From the NCBI RefSeq assembly GCF_006345805.1, contig NW_021833250.1:14668-78667 (forward strand): a DNA stretch of 64,000 nt, written 5' to 3'. This document shows positions 49,754-63,544 of this stretch, piece after piece. The position numbers and the translations under genes are program-made. Origin of the DNA: Octopus sinensis (lineage: Eukaryota). Under the pieces are notes generated by a model that worked only from the letters and a program-made list of their open reading frames with translations, did no database searches and was not told where the DNA came from. Each line of letters starts with the position of its first letter. The stretch's first letter is position 1.

Positions 49754-50789
49754 AAGAAGAAGAAGAACAAGAAGAACAAGAAGAACAAGAAGGAGGAGGA
49801 GGAGGAGGAGAAGAAGAAGAAGAGAAGAAGAAGAAGAAGAAGAAGAAGAAGAAGAAGAAGAAGAAGAAGAAGAAGAAGAAGAAGAAGAAGAAGAAGAAAG
49901 AAGAAGAAGAAGAAGAAGAAGAAGAAGAAGAAGAAGAAAAGAAGAAGAAGAAGAAGAAGAAGAAGAAGAAGAAGAAAGAAGAAGAAGAAGAAGAAGAATA
50001 TTTATTTATGAACGACAAGAACTGAAAGAAATACAACAAAATTCAAAGAAGTTCAAAAGATGAAAGACAAAAATTACAATAATGTTTTCATCTAAAGTTT
50101 AAAAGTCTTCTTGTGTTGATTAGGGTACACCATGTTTCTGATTAGGTATCTCCACAATTGTATTGTTAATATCTGTAGATTCCAGCACCTTCGGTGAGGA
50201 ACTCTTGGGTTACAGTAGACAATCGAGGTCGCACGTCATGTTTTATCTAAAACCAATCTTACTTCTTTGTCCATATGTACCTTAAGCAGTATATTATATC
50301 GTTGTTAGCCTTACGAAAGAATATGTATTTCATTTTGTTCAGGATGGTAGCTATTTCCTTCATATTGAGATGAGCAGTTTGTCAGCAGGGAGTTTCTTCT
50401 TTTCCACAGGTTATGAAACTACACTTTATCTCATTAATTTTATTTATTTATATTGCATTGGGTCTTTCGAAGAAGTGTGCATAAGTCGTTTGGTCTGCAT
50501 CAGGTCACCAGACTCTTAAGTACATGGCCATATGCTGCTGTGAAGGAGTGCTTCTCGGTCGCTTCTCTTTTGTTATTGTAGTTGTTGTTAGAAGTGATTG
50601 GTTTTTGTCCACGTCAGGGCCAAAGAGTTTGATCGTGACAGTGAGAATTATGTAAATTTGTTTGTCGAATCATGGGTTATAGCTATTGTGGAGTTTTGGA
50701 CGGCAACCTCCATGCTTTGTAGTCTTGTTTCTGGATTTTTCTTTAATATTTTCTTTTTTGTTTTTGACTGCTGGTCTTGATTCCGCGAT

Positions 50790-51100
50790 ATGAAAGAACA
50801 GTGTTGATATCAAGGAAAAACCCAGTCAGACCATAGAGTCAATGTGCCACGCTTTCTCAAACATCTTTGAGGAGTCACGAGCATTGGCCTTAGTTTCACT
50901 AGAAGCGTTAAATGAACGAGAGAAACGTTTCGATATGACAGTGAGAATGTCAGCAGTAGACCTAGATGCACGCAAATCTTATGGAAAATCAGCAAGTAGA
51001 CCGGAAGAGTCAAAGTATCTGATCAAAGCCACCTTAATAATAGATTCAAAGATTTTCTTGATCATAGGGAAAAGACTTATTGGAATATAAATGTGTAAGT
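50790..51100 (-). mobile_element. Degenerate CR1/L2/Jockey-group RT fragment
   Basis: Minus-strand translation IPISLFPMIKKIFESII...LLADFP*DLRASRSTADIL...DSSKMFEKAWH resembles RT domains 1-3. Confidence 0.6.
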
Positions 51101-51362
51101 CAGATGATTCCCTACTATTCTTAAACGCTGGAGCAATATATTAATAATTCTAACAAGACGAAATGCAAGTTATAGTCAGAAGACAAGCTCAGGGCTACTT
51201 TGCTGCAAAACAACTTGTGTACCATCATGACCAGTGGCCTTAGATGAATCTACTTTCGCAATTATAGATGCTACAATTTTAGCTGTTATATGGAAGGTGC
51301 AAGAAGGGAAGGCTACAAGCGGTACGTACGTGTGTGTGTGTGTGGGTGTGTGGGTGTGTGTG

Positions 51363-51393
<31 letters not shown>

Positions 51394-51550
51394 CTGTGTG
51401 CGTGCACGCGCGCGCGTGTGGTGTGTGAAGGTGATGGCTGTATGTGTGTGAGTGTGTGGACTAATGACACTTATTAAGATAGTTAAAGATACTTAAAAGA
51501 GATTATTTTGGGAGAAAGCAAACATTTTGTAAATTGCTCTATGAAATATT

Positions 51551-53761
51551 TCATTCTTCAAATACATTAATTATCCCAATGATTTTATCTGATAGGGATA
51601 TATCAAAATGAAATTTAATATTGAATATCGATAATAATTTTGGTATCATAGACGTCATCAATATTAAGGTAATCCGTGTGAATCCTGATAAATCCAAATC
51701 CTTTCGACTTATTATATTGTTGCAAGCAAAGAAAAAAGATACGATTAGAAATAGCTTTACAATGGATTTAGCAATCTCGTATCTCAAAGGAAAATGATGG
51801 TCAATAATTGTTTTAAACAACTTGACATTAATGAATTCCTGTCCATATTTTGACAGAACTAAATTTGGACGAACACTTTTCGTAAACTTTATAGTTTGAA
51901 CTAGTATAGTATGATACTTTTCCTGAATAGTTTTCGTAACTGCAAAACCGTAAACAAAAAACATGGCAACAAACCATATATCGCCAACAGTATCAGGTTT
52001 AGCAAGCATTACAATAGCTATTGAAAATGAATAGTTGCAAAGAACTTGGAAAGTTGTAAGAAAAATATAAATCGAATCTAAATACCATAATACATAAAAG
52101 GGCAACGAAGCGAATGTTAAGATAAGATCAATAATCTTGGAAATATGGTTAGGATTCAAATACATTGGTAAAATATAGACTTTGAAGTAACTTAAGGGTA
52201 AAGTTAGAATCAAATAAACGATTGGGATTCCGTAATAAACGAGGCACAGAAGTAATTCGCAGATAGAAAATACAGCAAATAAAATCGTGATCGTAATAAA
52301 TAACCAAAGAAATATGAATTGGCTAAAAATATTTCTCTCGTAGAAATAAAGACAAATTTTCTTTATACGTTTAATCCAAGTATAAATAATTAAATACCAC
52401 AAATTTGGGTTTAAAGCCGTAGAAATATTAGCTATCATTATCGTATAAAGTAGATCGTAATCTTCAAGTGTAGAAATATTAAAATTTCCATAGTTCTCTA
52501 TTAATGTGATATTTTGAATGAGAAATGTGCAAGTTGATCTTTGATGTAATGTACTATAAATGATAGTCTCACTTAAACGACTGGGAAGAACGAAGAGAAT
52601 AAAGTTGAGAAATATATAGATAATTATCCAAAAAAATGGACCCCCGAAAAAACCATCTGTATTTTCATAGCTTTCTGAGGTTCCTAGAATCATGGCACAA
52701 TAACCCAATGGAATACGATCATGTAAAAGTATTTTCATCGTTTCATATAAAAATAAATAATGCATTAAAAGATCCAGGAACATTATTGAAAGAGGAAACA
52801 TAATAAAAATGAATCTTCTTAGTTTTGAAGCAAAGAAAGTGGAATGGTGAAAACAAAATAACCAAGATAGAAAATGAGAGAAAGTGTAAATATTATGTTT
52901 TTCATTGATCCATTCTAATTTGTGTGGCAATGTGTAGTTAATTCTAAATAAGAATTCATCGTTAGCTAATTGTTGCTGGTTAAGTTCTCGAGAATATGAA
53001 GGTAATTTAAGTTTTGATACAAAACTAACAAGCAATGGAAATATGGCCCACAGAACCGCCCCAACAATATTTTCATAATTAACAAACATACTATTTTCAA
53101 TGATGTTTCCAGAACAAATGGATTTCGGTTCATAAGTGCGTTTTTCATTCTTATGTAGTTCACAGCAATAGTTTTTCAGTATCTCTCGATTTATACCCAA
53201 TCTTCTGTATGTTATTAACGTATAAGGGCTGTTCTTCTGTATATCATGCGACAAATTTATAAAAAAGCACATGTATCCAGATTCTCCCATTTGCAATTTA
53301 TCGATAAATACGATTCTCTTTAATTCCTCGAAAATAAAAAATATTACATCGTGTCTCTGAATATTTTGTTTCCCACAATTTATATCGATAACAATACTTG
53401 GAGTAGCAACGTAAACATCTAATATATTAAATGAATGAATTGAGAAGTCATAGTGAAAATTTTTATACGCTACTAAACCATCTGGTTTATCTGGAATCCA
53501 TATGAAATGCCTCGCATTTGCATAATAATCCAGTGGTACAGGATTGAGAAGCCCATCCAGTGTTTTATCAGCTATATGGACTTCGAAATTGAAAACCAGT
53601 TTACCTGATTTTACTAAACGAGTTAAAGTTTGACTGACATTAGGAGAAATTTTAATTTCACAATTATTTCCGAGTCCTTTCGCATCTATGTTTAGTGATG
53701 TAAGTGAGATAATAAGGGTCATTGATAAAAGAAGTGCTGTTACCATATGCATGACAGCCAT
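51551..53761 (-). CDS. Uncharacterised multi-pass membrane protein, paralog 3 (736 aa), CDS in one exon
   Basis: Intact ORF colinear with 8110-10926 (shared LLNPVPLDY, WIPDKPDGLV, QMGESGYMCFFINLSHD, KNYCCELHK, MLAKPDTVG, KLFLIVSFFFACNNII). Lacks the 24-aa repeat array. Confidence 0.9.
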   Translation of the reverse strand: MAVMHMVTALLLSMTLIISLTSLNIDAKGLGNNCEIKISPNVSQTLTRLVKSGKLVFNFEVHIADKTLDGLLNPVPLDYYANARHFIWIPDKPDGLVAYKNFHYDFSIHSFNILDVYVATPSIVIDINCGKQNIQRHDVIFFIFEELKRIVFIDKLQMGESGYMCFFINLSHDIQKNSPYTLITYRRLGINREILKNYCCELHKNEKRTYEPKSICSGNIIENSMFVNYENIVGAVLWAIFPLLVSFVSKLKLPSYSRELNQQQLANDEFLFRINYTLPHKLEWINEKHNIYTFSHFLSWLFCFHHSTFFASKLRRFIFIMFPLSIMFLDLLMHYLFLYETMKILLHDRIPLGYCAMILGTSESYENTDGFFGGPFFWIIIYIFLNFILFVLPSRLSETIIYSTLHQRSTCTFLIQNITLIENYGNFNISTLEDYDLLYTIMIANISTALNPNLWYLIIYTWIKRIKKICLYFYERNIFSQFIFLWLFITITILFAVFSICELLLCLVYYGIPIVYLILTLPLSYFKVYILPMYLNPNHISKIIDLILTFASLPFYVLWYLDSIYIFLTTFQVLCNYSFSIAIVMLAKPDTVGDIWFVAMFFVYGFAVTKTIQEKYHTILVQTIKFTKSVRPNLVLSKYGQEFINVKLFKTIIDHHFPLRYEIAKSIVKLFLIVSFFFACNNIISRKDLDLSGFTRITLILMTSMIPKLLSIFNIKFHFDISLSDKIIGIINVFEE

Positions 53762-53771
53762 ATTTCGTTAT

Positions 53772-54796
53772 CTGTAAAAAAAGAAAAAAATTATCTGAGC
53801 ACACATATATTGATGAAGGGTTAATTTCATCTTTCTTATTTCGTAATTATTTGAAATGAAGAATATTGATTTAAAACTGAAAAGAAATGTCTTTTATTTT
53901 ATTTAGTTTTGTTTTTCGATCTCTAAGGAAGTTTAGACGAATGTCTTGTGAAAGCTGTACAAGGCATGTACATGTGTGTTCTTACTAAGTTAAGAGTTAG
54001 TCTTGAATACAGTGACGAATTTAGGGTACAGGCAGGTGTGCAGCAAGGTTCGCTCCTCAGCTCCCTCCTATTCATCATCGTCCTCCAGGCCATAACAGAG
54101 CAATTTATTACTGGAAGCCTATGGAAACTACTATATGCTGATTATCTTGTAATCATAGCAGAATGTGTAAGAGACCTAGAGAAGAAATTCCAGGTGTGCA
54201 ATCAAAACCTGGAGTCAAAGGGTCTTAACGTTAATTTAGCAAAGATCAAAGTCCTAATGAGCAAGAAATCGGAGGGAAACCAGACACTTCCTGTAACTGA
54301 CCCTCCTCAATATGTAGAAAAGGTGTAGGCACTTCAGCAGCAGATCAAGGAATGAAGTCTATCAGTCAGCCTGATGCCCTCTTTGATACCCTTCCAGCAA
54401 CTTTAAGACATGTCACACTCTCCACTCTTTAAGATATTTTACCTAGAAGGCTACTACAGTATGAAATCTACAGTTTGCTCTTGATTGCAGCCGTCTTAAT
54501 CCGATAAGCCATTATGATAAAACCTCTGTTCTAAAGAGTGGGATCGGATAGTGCCCACCGACTCACACTTTAAAACTAGTAAGAGCAGACAGGAAGAAAA
54601 GAGTGTTAAGCTCCGTTTATATAACCACTTAATGGTGTGTCGCTTTTCCATTTGGTATTCGGATACGAAGAATCTACTATAATTGTATGCTCTCTTTCAT
54701 CTCTTTTACTTGTTTCAGTTATGAGACTGCGGCCATGCTGGGGCACCGCCTTAAAGGGGTTTTTTATCGAATTAAACGACCCCAGAACTTGTGTAT

Positions 54797-54856
<60 letters not shown>

Positions 54857-56946
54857 TTAAACTTGGTATTTATTCTATCGGTGTCTTTGTTGAACAGCTA
54901 TGTTACGGAGATGTAAACACACCAACACCGGTTGTCAAGCAGTGGTTGTGGGCAAACACAGACGCAAAGAAACACACACACACACATATATATATAGATA
55001 TGCATGCGAGAGGCTTCTTTCAGTTTCCGTCTTTCAAGTTTAAGCTTCCTGAGGCTAGAGTAGAAAATGCTGGCCCAAGGTACCATGCTGTGAGAATGAA
55101 CCCGGAACCATGTGGTCAGGAAGCAAACACATTGCCACACAGTACACTGCGCCTATATTGAGAGAGAAAATAAAATAGAGGTTGAGAGATAGAGAGAGTG
55201 GGGTAGACATAGAGAGACAGAGAAAAGATCGACGTACTGCTAAAGAGAAAGGGATTGGGAGAAAGCTTCAGAGACATAAATACAGAGATAGATAGGGAAA
55301 TAGAGACAGGGGAAGGAGGGAAGGCGGAAACATTTACATACATGACTAAGATACATTTAACAAGCAGCAACGTGTTCATAAATAGGGCAGAATTCTCGCT
55401 TAAACAGCCCAAATAAGCCCTCATAACTTTTTTTTATTTATGGCAATTTTCAGAAAAAGGTTTGTTAATTTTTGTCCTAAACATGGGAATTCATAACATC
55501 CGTATTAATATTAAAATTGTCGATCATTTTTCTCTTTTAATCTATTTGAAATACGGGCGGTCTGAATTTTTACCTAAATTCCAGCAGCAGACCGCCCTTC
55601 GGTTTATCATAATTCCATTAAATGGGTTCATGGAGAGAAAAATATATATTTTTTATTGCCCACAGGGGGATAAACATAGAGGGGAGACAAACAAGGATAG
55701 ACAAAGGGATTAGGTCGATTACATCAACCCCAGTGCGTAACTGCTACTTATACAATCGACCCAGAAAGGATGAAAGGCAAAGTCGACCTGGGCGGAATTT
55801 GAACTCAGAACGTAACGGCAGACGAAATATCGCTAGGCAGTTCGCCCGGCGTGCTAACGATTCTGCCAGGGGAGAAAAATATTGAAAAATATTGAAAAAC
55901 ACTAATACATGTCTGAATGATAAAGAAACGATGACGGTATCGTGTGTTCGTGGGATGTGCTATAAATTACATTTAGGTACACACACACACATATCCTGCA
56001 TTTTATTGATAAGTAGATTGATAAATAAGTGATTCAAAATAAATATATTTTAATTGTTGTGTGAGAAAGTATATATAATCTGATTATAAAATATAGTGTC
56101 TTTCAAAAACATCCTAAATTTGAAGACTATATCTCGTGTTTAAGAAAAAAACATTTTAGGTATACACGTGTATGTATGTGTATATGTATGTATTTATGTA
56201 TGTATGTATCGTGTACTACGTATATCCGTTTCATTTATAGCCAATGAATCACTCCGCCTCAAAGATTGTCATGATATTACAAATCATCACTCTTCGCATG
56301 AAATTACTTTAATCAGGAAAGCATAGACAAAATTTGTTCTGATTTCTGAGAATTAATATTGATGCTTCTAAATCTCCCTTAAATCACACACATGAAGTAT
56401 TATTATTTCAAAAGCGTATGAATTTCCGTACTTAGAACACAAATTCGCGAAAATTTCCTGAAAATTCCAAAGAATGAAAATGCTACAAGGGGTTATATGG
56501 GTTTCATTAACCAGAATTCCGCCATTTTGAAGGAATATCTGTAGATTCAATGGACCCTTATTCCTCCGTTTGCTCAGACAGAAAAGGGATCCTTTCATAG
56601 GGATCCCAAGTCGTGTGGGACAAAGAAAAGATAGAATCATGGTGTATCCTCAGACGGATATCCGATCTCAATGTGAACTCCAGTCAAGGTACCTACCTGC
56701 TAAAAACAACAGCCAAATATCCCTCAGATCACTCCTCATATTGTTAGAAGACATTACATTGGATAAATGCATTCAGGTGGATGGACATTACTCGTAAATA
56801 AACAGGGTAACGGTCATAGATGGGATGCTTTTTTATCATAGATCAACCCCTTCAAGACTGACTAGCTTATAAACAACAATACCAACGAAGACGTCTGCAA
56901 CAACAACAACAACAACAAAAATGACAAGTAATAATAATCTTGTTAC
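53772..56946 (-). other. Predicted 5'-UTR intron of paralog 3
   Basis: Acceptor ttttctttttttacAG lies 10 nt before the ATG. Donor CAG|GTAAC at 56946 is in the homologous upstream block. Confidence 0.6.
53948..54328 (+). mobile_element. RTE-clade RT fragment
   Basis: GVQQGSLLSSLLFIIVLQAI...WKLLYADYLVIIAE...LESKGLNVNLAKIKV. Confidence 0.75.
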
Positions 56947-57164
56947 CTGTTCTGGGCGTGTTACCGTGAGATATATATGTATATTCGACAAATGTTGGTA
57001 AATAGATCTTGAATTAATTTCTTAGGAGCATCAATATTAATTCTCAGAAATCAGAACAAATTTTGTCTATGCTTTCCGAATTGAACTAAATCCATGCGAA
57101 AAGTGATTTGTAATATCTTGACAACTTTTTAGGTGGAGAGATTCATTGGCTATAAATGAAACGG
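56226..57164. repeat. Inverted duplication (arms 56226-56371 and 57022-57164) around the predicted upstream exon of paralog 3
   Basis: ccgtttcatttatagccaatgaatc...gatttctgagaattaatattgatgc is reverse-complemented in the second arm. Confidence 0.85.
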
Positions 57165-57329
57165 CTGTACGTAAGTACACGATACATACATACATACACA
57201 CACGTGCATACCTATGCACATAGATACATACGCACGTAGCCTAAATACTTACAGTGCTATGTCATCTGTATGTTTGTATATCCATAAGCAGGTAACTACG
57301 ACAACATAACGTTGCAGGTAGTTACGTTA

Positions 57330-57370
<41 letters not shown>

Positions 57371-57476
57371 TATATATATGAATCATCATATCATATCTTA
57401 TCATATACCCAGGCCTATTCCCCATTTTTGAGGAGGAGGTCGCCATAGCAAGACACAAACCAGGCATATATATATA

Positions 57477-57726
57477 TCTGTATATCTATAAAAGGCAGGA
57501 AGTGTGTGTGTGTACGTGAATGTAATTTATGCATATCCACAAATTAGCACGCATGTCGCTCCAATTTTTGGAGGTCATTCGTCACGAACCTAGCTGGGTT
57601 TTGCCGACTTATTTTTCCCGAGGCATCTGCGGATAGCGGGAAAAATCTATTTTCAACTATAACTTTTACCAATCCTTAAGTTTGCTAACATGAGTTAAGT
57701 CCCCTTCTTGCCATAGCGAAGTGACT

Positions 57727-57764
<38 letters not shown>

Positions 57765-57803
57765 CTGTGTGTGTGTGTGTGTCTGTGTGTGTGTGTGTGT
57801 GTA

Positions 57804-57839
<36 letters not shown>

Positions 57840-58753
57840 CACAGGTGAATATAATTTATGCACGTCCACAAATTAGCACGCATGTTGTTCCAATTTTAGG
57901 ACATTGGTCACGATCATGGCTGTGTTTTTGTCAACTTATTTTCCCCGAGGCACTCGGAGGTAGTGGTGAAAATCGATTTACAACCATAACTTTTACCAAT
58001 TTTCACGTCAGTGAAATCCGTAAGTTTGCTAATATAAGTTAAGACATCTGTCTAGCAATGATGAGGAAGGAAAACAAAGGGTTAACTTTTAGATTAACAC
58101 CCACACGATTTTCACCAAGAAAAAAGAAAAAACTCGGATTTTTTGCGTTGAACTAGTACCCTTGACCTCTTAATATTCTGCAAATCCTTTATTTTGGTTC
58201 GGTAAAAAGGGGGTAGGGTGAAGGAATCATTGGAATTTTTTTTTCGTTGAATGAATTCCTGTGACCGTCTAATATGCTACAAGACCATTTCTGGGGTCCG
58301 AAAAACGAGGTGGGGAGAGGTTGAAGCCTCGGAAATTTCACCTACCCACCACCATTGATATTTTCACCCATCCGATTTTCACTAAGGAAAAAAAAAATAA
58401 AACTCGGACTTTTTTTTATTTTGTGTGAAATCAAGTACCCTGACCTAATATGCTGCAAATCACGTATTTTCGTTCGGGAAAAAAAGGTGGGGTGAGGCCT
58501 CCCCCTCCCTCCCGGAATCATTGGAATTTTTTTTTTCGTTGAATAAATTCCGGTGACCTCCTAATATGCTACAAAACCCTTTGGTGTGGTCCGAAAATGG
58601 GGCTGGGTGAGGTAGAAGCCTCGGAAATTTTACCCACTTCCATCATTTTACAGAAATAAATTTTCCAGAGTGTGAATTACATGGTTCGTTATTAAATATA
58701 TATAGTAGAGAATGTTACATATTGTGCGTGTATATATACATATATATGTATAT

Positions 58754-58796
<43 letters not shown>

Positions 58797-59577
58797 ACAT
58801 GCACACCTTCGATGCAACCTTCTCCAATGTACATCTTCGATGAAGATCTCCGAGGCAACCTTCTCCAATGCATATCTTTGATGAAGCCTTGACCGATAGT
58901 ACCCCTAGGAATGGTTCGGTCAAGATCGGGATTAGTCGCTTCCTTTCACAGGTGTTCTATTTTCCTTGCTGGAAGGGCTCCCAACCCATGGGCCAAGAGG
59001 GTTAGATAATGGGGGTGGTTGTTTCGAAAGGGCTAGCATGTGCAACATGGTCACCTCTGCCGGTCAAACTCCCAGCCCATGCATTCCTGTCGCGGCACTG
59101 ATTCTGCAGAACTGGGTTGGTTGTGAAAACCAACATTAAAGTATAAATATAGATTTTTGAATCAGCTATGTTGCGTTCGGTTAAGTCCTATTTCGAGCGA
59201 AATAACAATAAACCGATTCCTTATAGGATTTTTCACTAAAATTGGCTACACTCCATTTTCAATCATAACTTTTACCAATTTCGATGTATTTTGTTCCAAC
59301 TTTATGCCGGCGTTACTTAGGACTCATGGGATCTTTGGATGTTTTAAGTTCTCAAAAAAAAAAAAAACAATCGATGAGTGGAAAATTCGACAAACAAATT
59401 CCTTATGGGATTTCCAAATCAAATTGTCTGCTACCCATTTTCAGCCAAACGTTTACCAATTTCAATGGATTTCGCTCAAATTTTACATCGGTATTACTAA
59501 GTTTGGTTTGAAACACAGCGCTTTATTAGCTCAATAATCCCAACTTAATCCCGGTCAACGCCGGGTTATACTGCTAG
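57477..59577 (+). mobile_element. Non-autonomous Helitron, related to the element at 3996-5040
   Basis: Ends in a cccgg-tcaacg-ccggg hairpin then CTAG|T at 59574-59577. The putative 5' A|TC at 57477 is less certain. Has internal direct repeats. Confidence 0.65.
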
Positions 59578-59734
59578 TATGTATATATATATATATACTA
59601 ATAAGTCAGGACAAAAGAAAAAGTTACTAATGCCAAAATATGCCGAAAATAGACACAAAGTTAATAACCATGTAATTTATCACTACAAGCACGCGTTTCG
59701 AAAAAAGCCGTTAGAAATTTCTAAAAAATCCTGT

Positions 59735-59796
<62 letters not shown>

Positions 59797-59865
59797 GTAA
59801 TGCTATACGAGAGTATTGCTTTCCAGTATAGGATAGCCCGTGAGGGTAAAATTATACGTAAAATT

Positions 59866-59961
59866 AAATAAATGGCACAACGAAGTACCGATATTTACTG
59901 GAAAATAGCGAACGTTCACTATTTTCCAATAAATATCGGTACTTCGTTGTGCCATTTATTT
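59866..59961. repeat. Hairpin, 43-bp arms (one mismatch), 10-nt loop
   Basis: aaataaatggcacaacgaagtaccgatatttactggaaaatag and its reverse complement. One arm also occurs at ~2060-2110. Confidence 0.85.
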
Positions 59962-59966
59962 ACTTT

Positions 59967-60053
<87 letters not shown>

Positions 60054-60136
60054 TATACACACATATATATATACATACATATACATACATACATATGCAT
60101 GTATGTATACAATACGTCGGAGTGGGTATAGATGCA

Positions 60137-60372
60137 GGAGTGGCTGTGTGGTAGTAGCTTGCCTAACACACACCACTCCTACGACTGTGGCTGTATGGTA
60201 AGTAGCTTACTTACCAGCCACATGGTTCCGGGTTCAGTCCCACTGTGTGGTACCTTGGGTTAGTGTCTTGTACAGGCTATGATAGGAGACACTTGTCCAA
60301 TGTGCCATGCAGGGGGACTGAACACGGAACCATGTGGCTGGTAAGCAAGCTACTTACCACACACCCACTCCT
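60137..60372. mobile_element. Two SINE heads in inverted orientation forming a hairpin
   Basis: ggtaagtagcttacttaccagccacatggttccgggttcagtccc is mirrored by gggactgaacacggaaccatgtggctggtaagcaagctacttacc. Confidence 0.75.
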
Positions 60373-62588
60373 GCGTCTATGCATCGTATGTATATTGTAT
60401 GTATTTAGGCTATGTATATACATAGCCTAAATACCTGCAATGTTATGGTGTACAGTTACCTACATATGAATATACAGACAGACATACCATTGTAAATATT
60501 TAGGTTACATACGTATGTATCTAAGTGCATATATATATACATATATATATACACGCATATATATATACATATATATACACATATATACATATATACATAT
60601 ATATATATATGTACGTACATACATATACATATATGCATACATATATATACATACATATATACATATATATATATATACATATATATATAAATATATATAT
60701 ATGTACACACACACATATATATATATGCACATACATATATATGTAAACATATGCATACATATATATGTACATACATTGAATACATATATATGCACATACA
60801 CACATATATGCATATATATATATATATATAAGTAGTAATCGTAGCCACTATAGCATGGCTGTCTGTTCGAACATACTTTACTGCGATTTTTTAACCTCAA
60901 GAGGATATCTCCCCTAGGTGGTTAACGATGCACACCTGAATCCAAGATATTGCGAGCAGGGAAGTGACCCCCTACCATCGTCTAGGCATGGGACCAGTTA
61001 TCCAGCCTCGTCTGTTAGAGGTCGCAGTATCTGGCTTCTGCTCACAATATATATAGTTTCAAGTGACATACTGACGCTGATTTCGCAAAAATGCTATTTC
61101 TAAAATCCCTCTAAGTGATCAACGCTGTGGTTGTACTAACAAGTTGTATTAAGAAGTAATGTACTAACAAGTGGTATGTATGTATGTATGTATGTATGTA
61201 TGTATGTATGTATGTATGTATGTATGTATGAATGTATGTATGTATATATTCATACTAAATTCATACTACTAGATATATCGTACTATGCTTCATAAACCTA
61301 TTAGGTTTGAACAAGGCGCTTTCATTTGCGAAATGTATCTCCGATTTAATTAGAGAGGAAATAGATTTAATATTAGCGGCTCGGAACACCGTAATAGAAA
61401 TGGGAGGTAAACTTTGGACTTGGTCGGATAGGGAAGAACGTGTTGATGTAACAATGGGGGTCAAATGATTCGGCACAGGTAACGGATGTAGGTAGAATAT
61501 ATTCACTGTCTCAGATAAAATCCTGCTTCCTGGATTTTGTAAGAGGAGAGGCTCGGGAATTATATAAAGACGACTCGCTATCTATATTGAGAAGAAGTAG
61601 TAGCGTGGAAATGGAGAGAAGTAAGAAAAAACTAGATTTTTAAAAAAATCTCAACGAAGAGAATTTCGAGTTTTTCCAAACTATACATGCATACATACAT
61701 ACATGCATGCATGCATGCATGCATACATACATACATACATACATACATACATACATACATACATACATACATAAATATATACATACATACATATATACAT
61801 GCATACGTACATACACAAATGCGTGTATATAAAAAAGGGAAGGAGTATTTAGTAGATCAAGAATAAAGGAATTGTATTTTTTTGTGTGGCTGTTTTAGGG
61901 TGAAGCGGGGTCACAAAACCCTGTTAATAGCAAACGTACATGTCAACAAGTCTACATACCAATATGGTCACACACACACACAAACATGTATTTAGTTTTT
62001 ACACTGTGTACACACATAAACACACGTCCTAACTACAGAACTCAGAAGAAAACAAACACATAAAAAAAGAAATGATTTCATAAGCATACTCTTTGTCTTC
62101 ACACACAATCCCAAAACCTATGACATTCTCAATACTACTAAAAGATGTCTCCCAGTTCTTAAACAGTCATCAAAAATGAACAAACTAATGACAAAATCAG
62201 AAAAAATATATAGCTGACGCCAAGCAACCAAATTAAAAGACTTTTTAACAAAAATCAAGATTTACAATGAGAGGCGTAAAATCTTAGCAGGTAGACATGA
62301 AGGAATCAACCGAGGAAGGAAGAGAAAATCTTCTCAAATATTCTGTGCAACAGGCTGTAGCGATGCGAAGGGAAAAAATGTGGAAATGTTGACTGTAGCG
62401 TAGAGCATAGTGCACGCAACTGCAGCAGAGAACGGTCGACGCCTCTCGCAATAGAAGTCATTAAAATAAAGAAAAGACAGAAAAAGGGAAACAAAATATA
62501 AAAATCTACTGTAGAGTTACTTTGAAATTTCAGCATAGGTGGAAACTTTTTTAAAACAATTTAAAAAAAAAAAAAATCAATGTGCTAT

Positions 62589-62706
62589 GCTTACGGCACC
62601 AAGGTTTCCGAAGCGGTCACCCATCTAAGTAATGACTAGGCTCGACGTTGCCTAACTTCGGTAACCGGACGAGAACCGGTGCTTTCAACGTGATATGGCC
62701 GTAAGC
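62589..62706 (-). rRNA. 5S rRNA gene copy, full length but diverged (possible pseudogene)
   Basis: Minus strand GCTTACGGCCATATCACGTTGAAAGCACCGGTTCTCGTCCG...GATGGGTGACCGC...GGTGCCGTAAGC (118 nt). A T-run lies ~12 nt downstream. Confidence 0.85.
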
Positions 62707-63450
62707 AATTGTCAGCTCGAAGTTTAACAACTTTATTCTAATAAACGACTAAATGCTAACATTTATATTCTCTTACAATGTAAACTTGCTTTCGTCACAA
62801 TCTTTACGTCTCTACACTGCTTTTCTTCTACCAGCTCACTATTGCATCGACTAAGCAATCTTTCTTTTATTCTAACTCCCATTGTTCACCACTAGCGGCT
62901 ACCCTCACGCTTACTCACTCTCTCGCTTTCAGATTTCACTTTGCCGCTGACAATTTGATCAATAGGCCTTCACTGTCGCACCACACTACCCTTGCTGCTG
63001 CTACGTCCCCATCTTACCCACAAATGCTCCTCAACACAACGTCGCACACGTCATCACAAACATTTGCTCTGGCTATCCACACCAATAGCAAATACCTGAG
63101 CATCATCCTAACACGACGCTCGTCAAAACAACAACGTCCAACACTTAGCAAAATTATCGCAGCTTGCGTGATTGACGCTTTTTCAATTCACTTCCGTCGA
63201 CATTATGCTTGTGGAAACTACTCTCTCGCTGCATATTGCTAAAACTCGCATCAAGTTTACTCACTGGTGCATAATTGGACACTTGGCAGCGAGCAATGTA
63301 AGCAAGGTAAGTAACGAATGCTGCTAATGACAACAATCCTAATCAAATGTATGCTAATTTGAATGCGACAGGCAAGCAAAGACAAAGCCACAGATTTGCT
63401 ATCTTCACATGGTATATCAAATAAAAACGTTCTAATGACTCGGCTCTATC

Positions 63451-63544
63451 GTTTACGGCCATATCACATCAATGAAGTTAAGCAAATTCGAGCCTAGTTA
63501 GTACTTAGATGGGTGACCGCTTGGGAAACCTAGGTGCTGTAAAC
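63451..63544 (+). pseudogene. 5S rRNA pseudogene with ~24-nt internal deletion
   Basis: GTTTACGGCCATATCAC-[deletion]-ATCAATGAAGTTAAGC...AGTTAGTACTTAGATGGGTGACCGC...GGTGCTGTAAAC. Confidence 0.85.

Noticed and set aside
59685-59720. GAAACGCGT half-motif on minus
   Set aside because: The triplet would be GUG, and no CUGANGA half is visible before the microsatellite.
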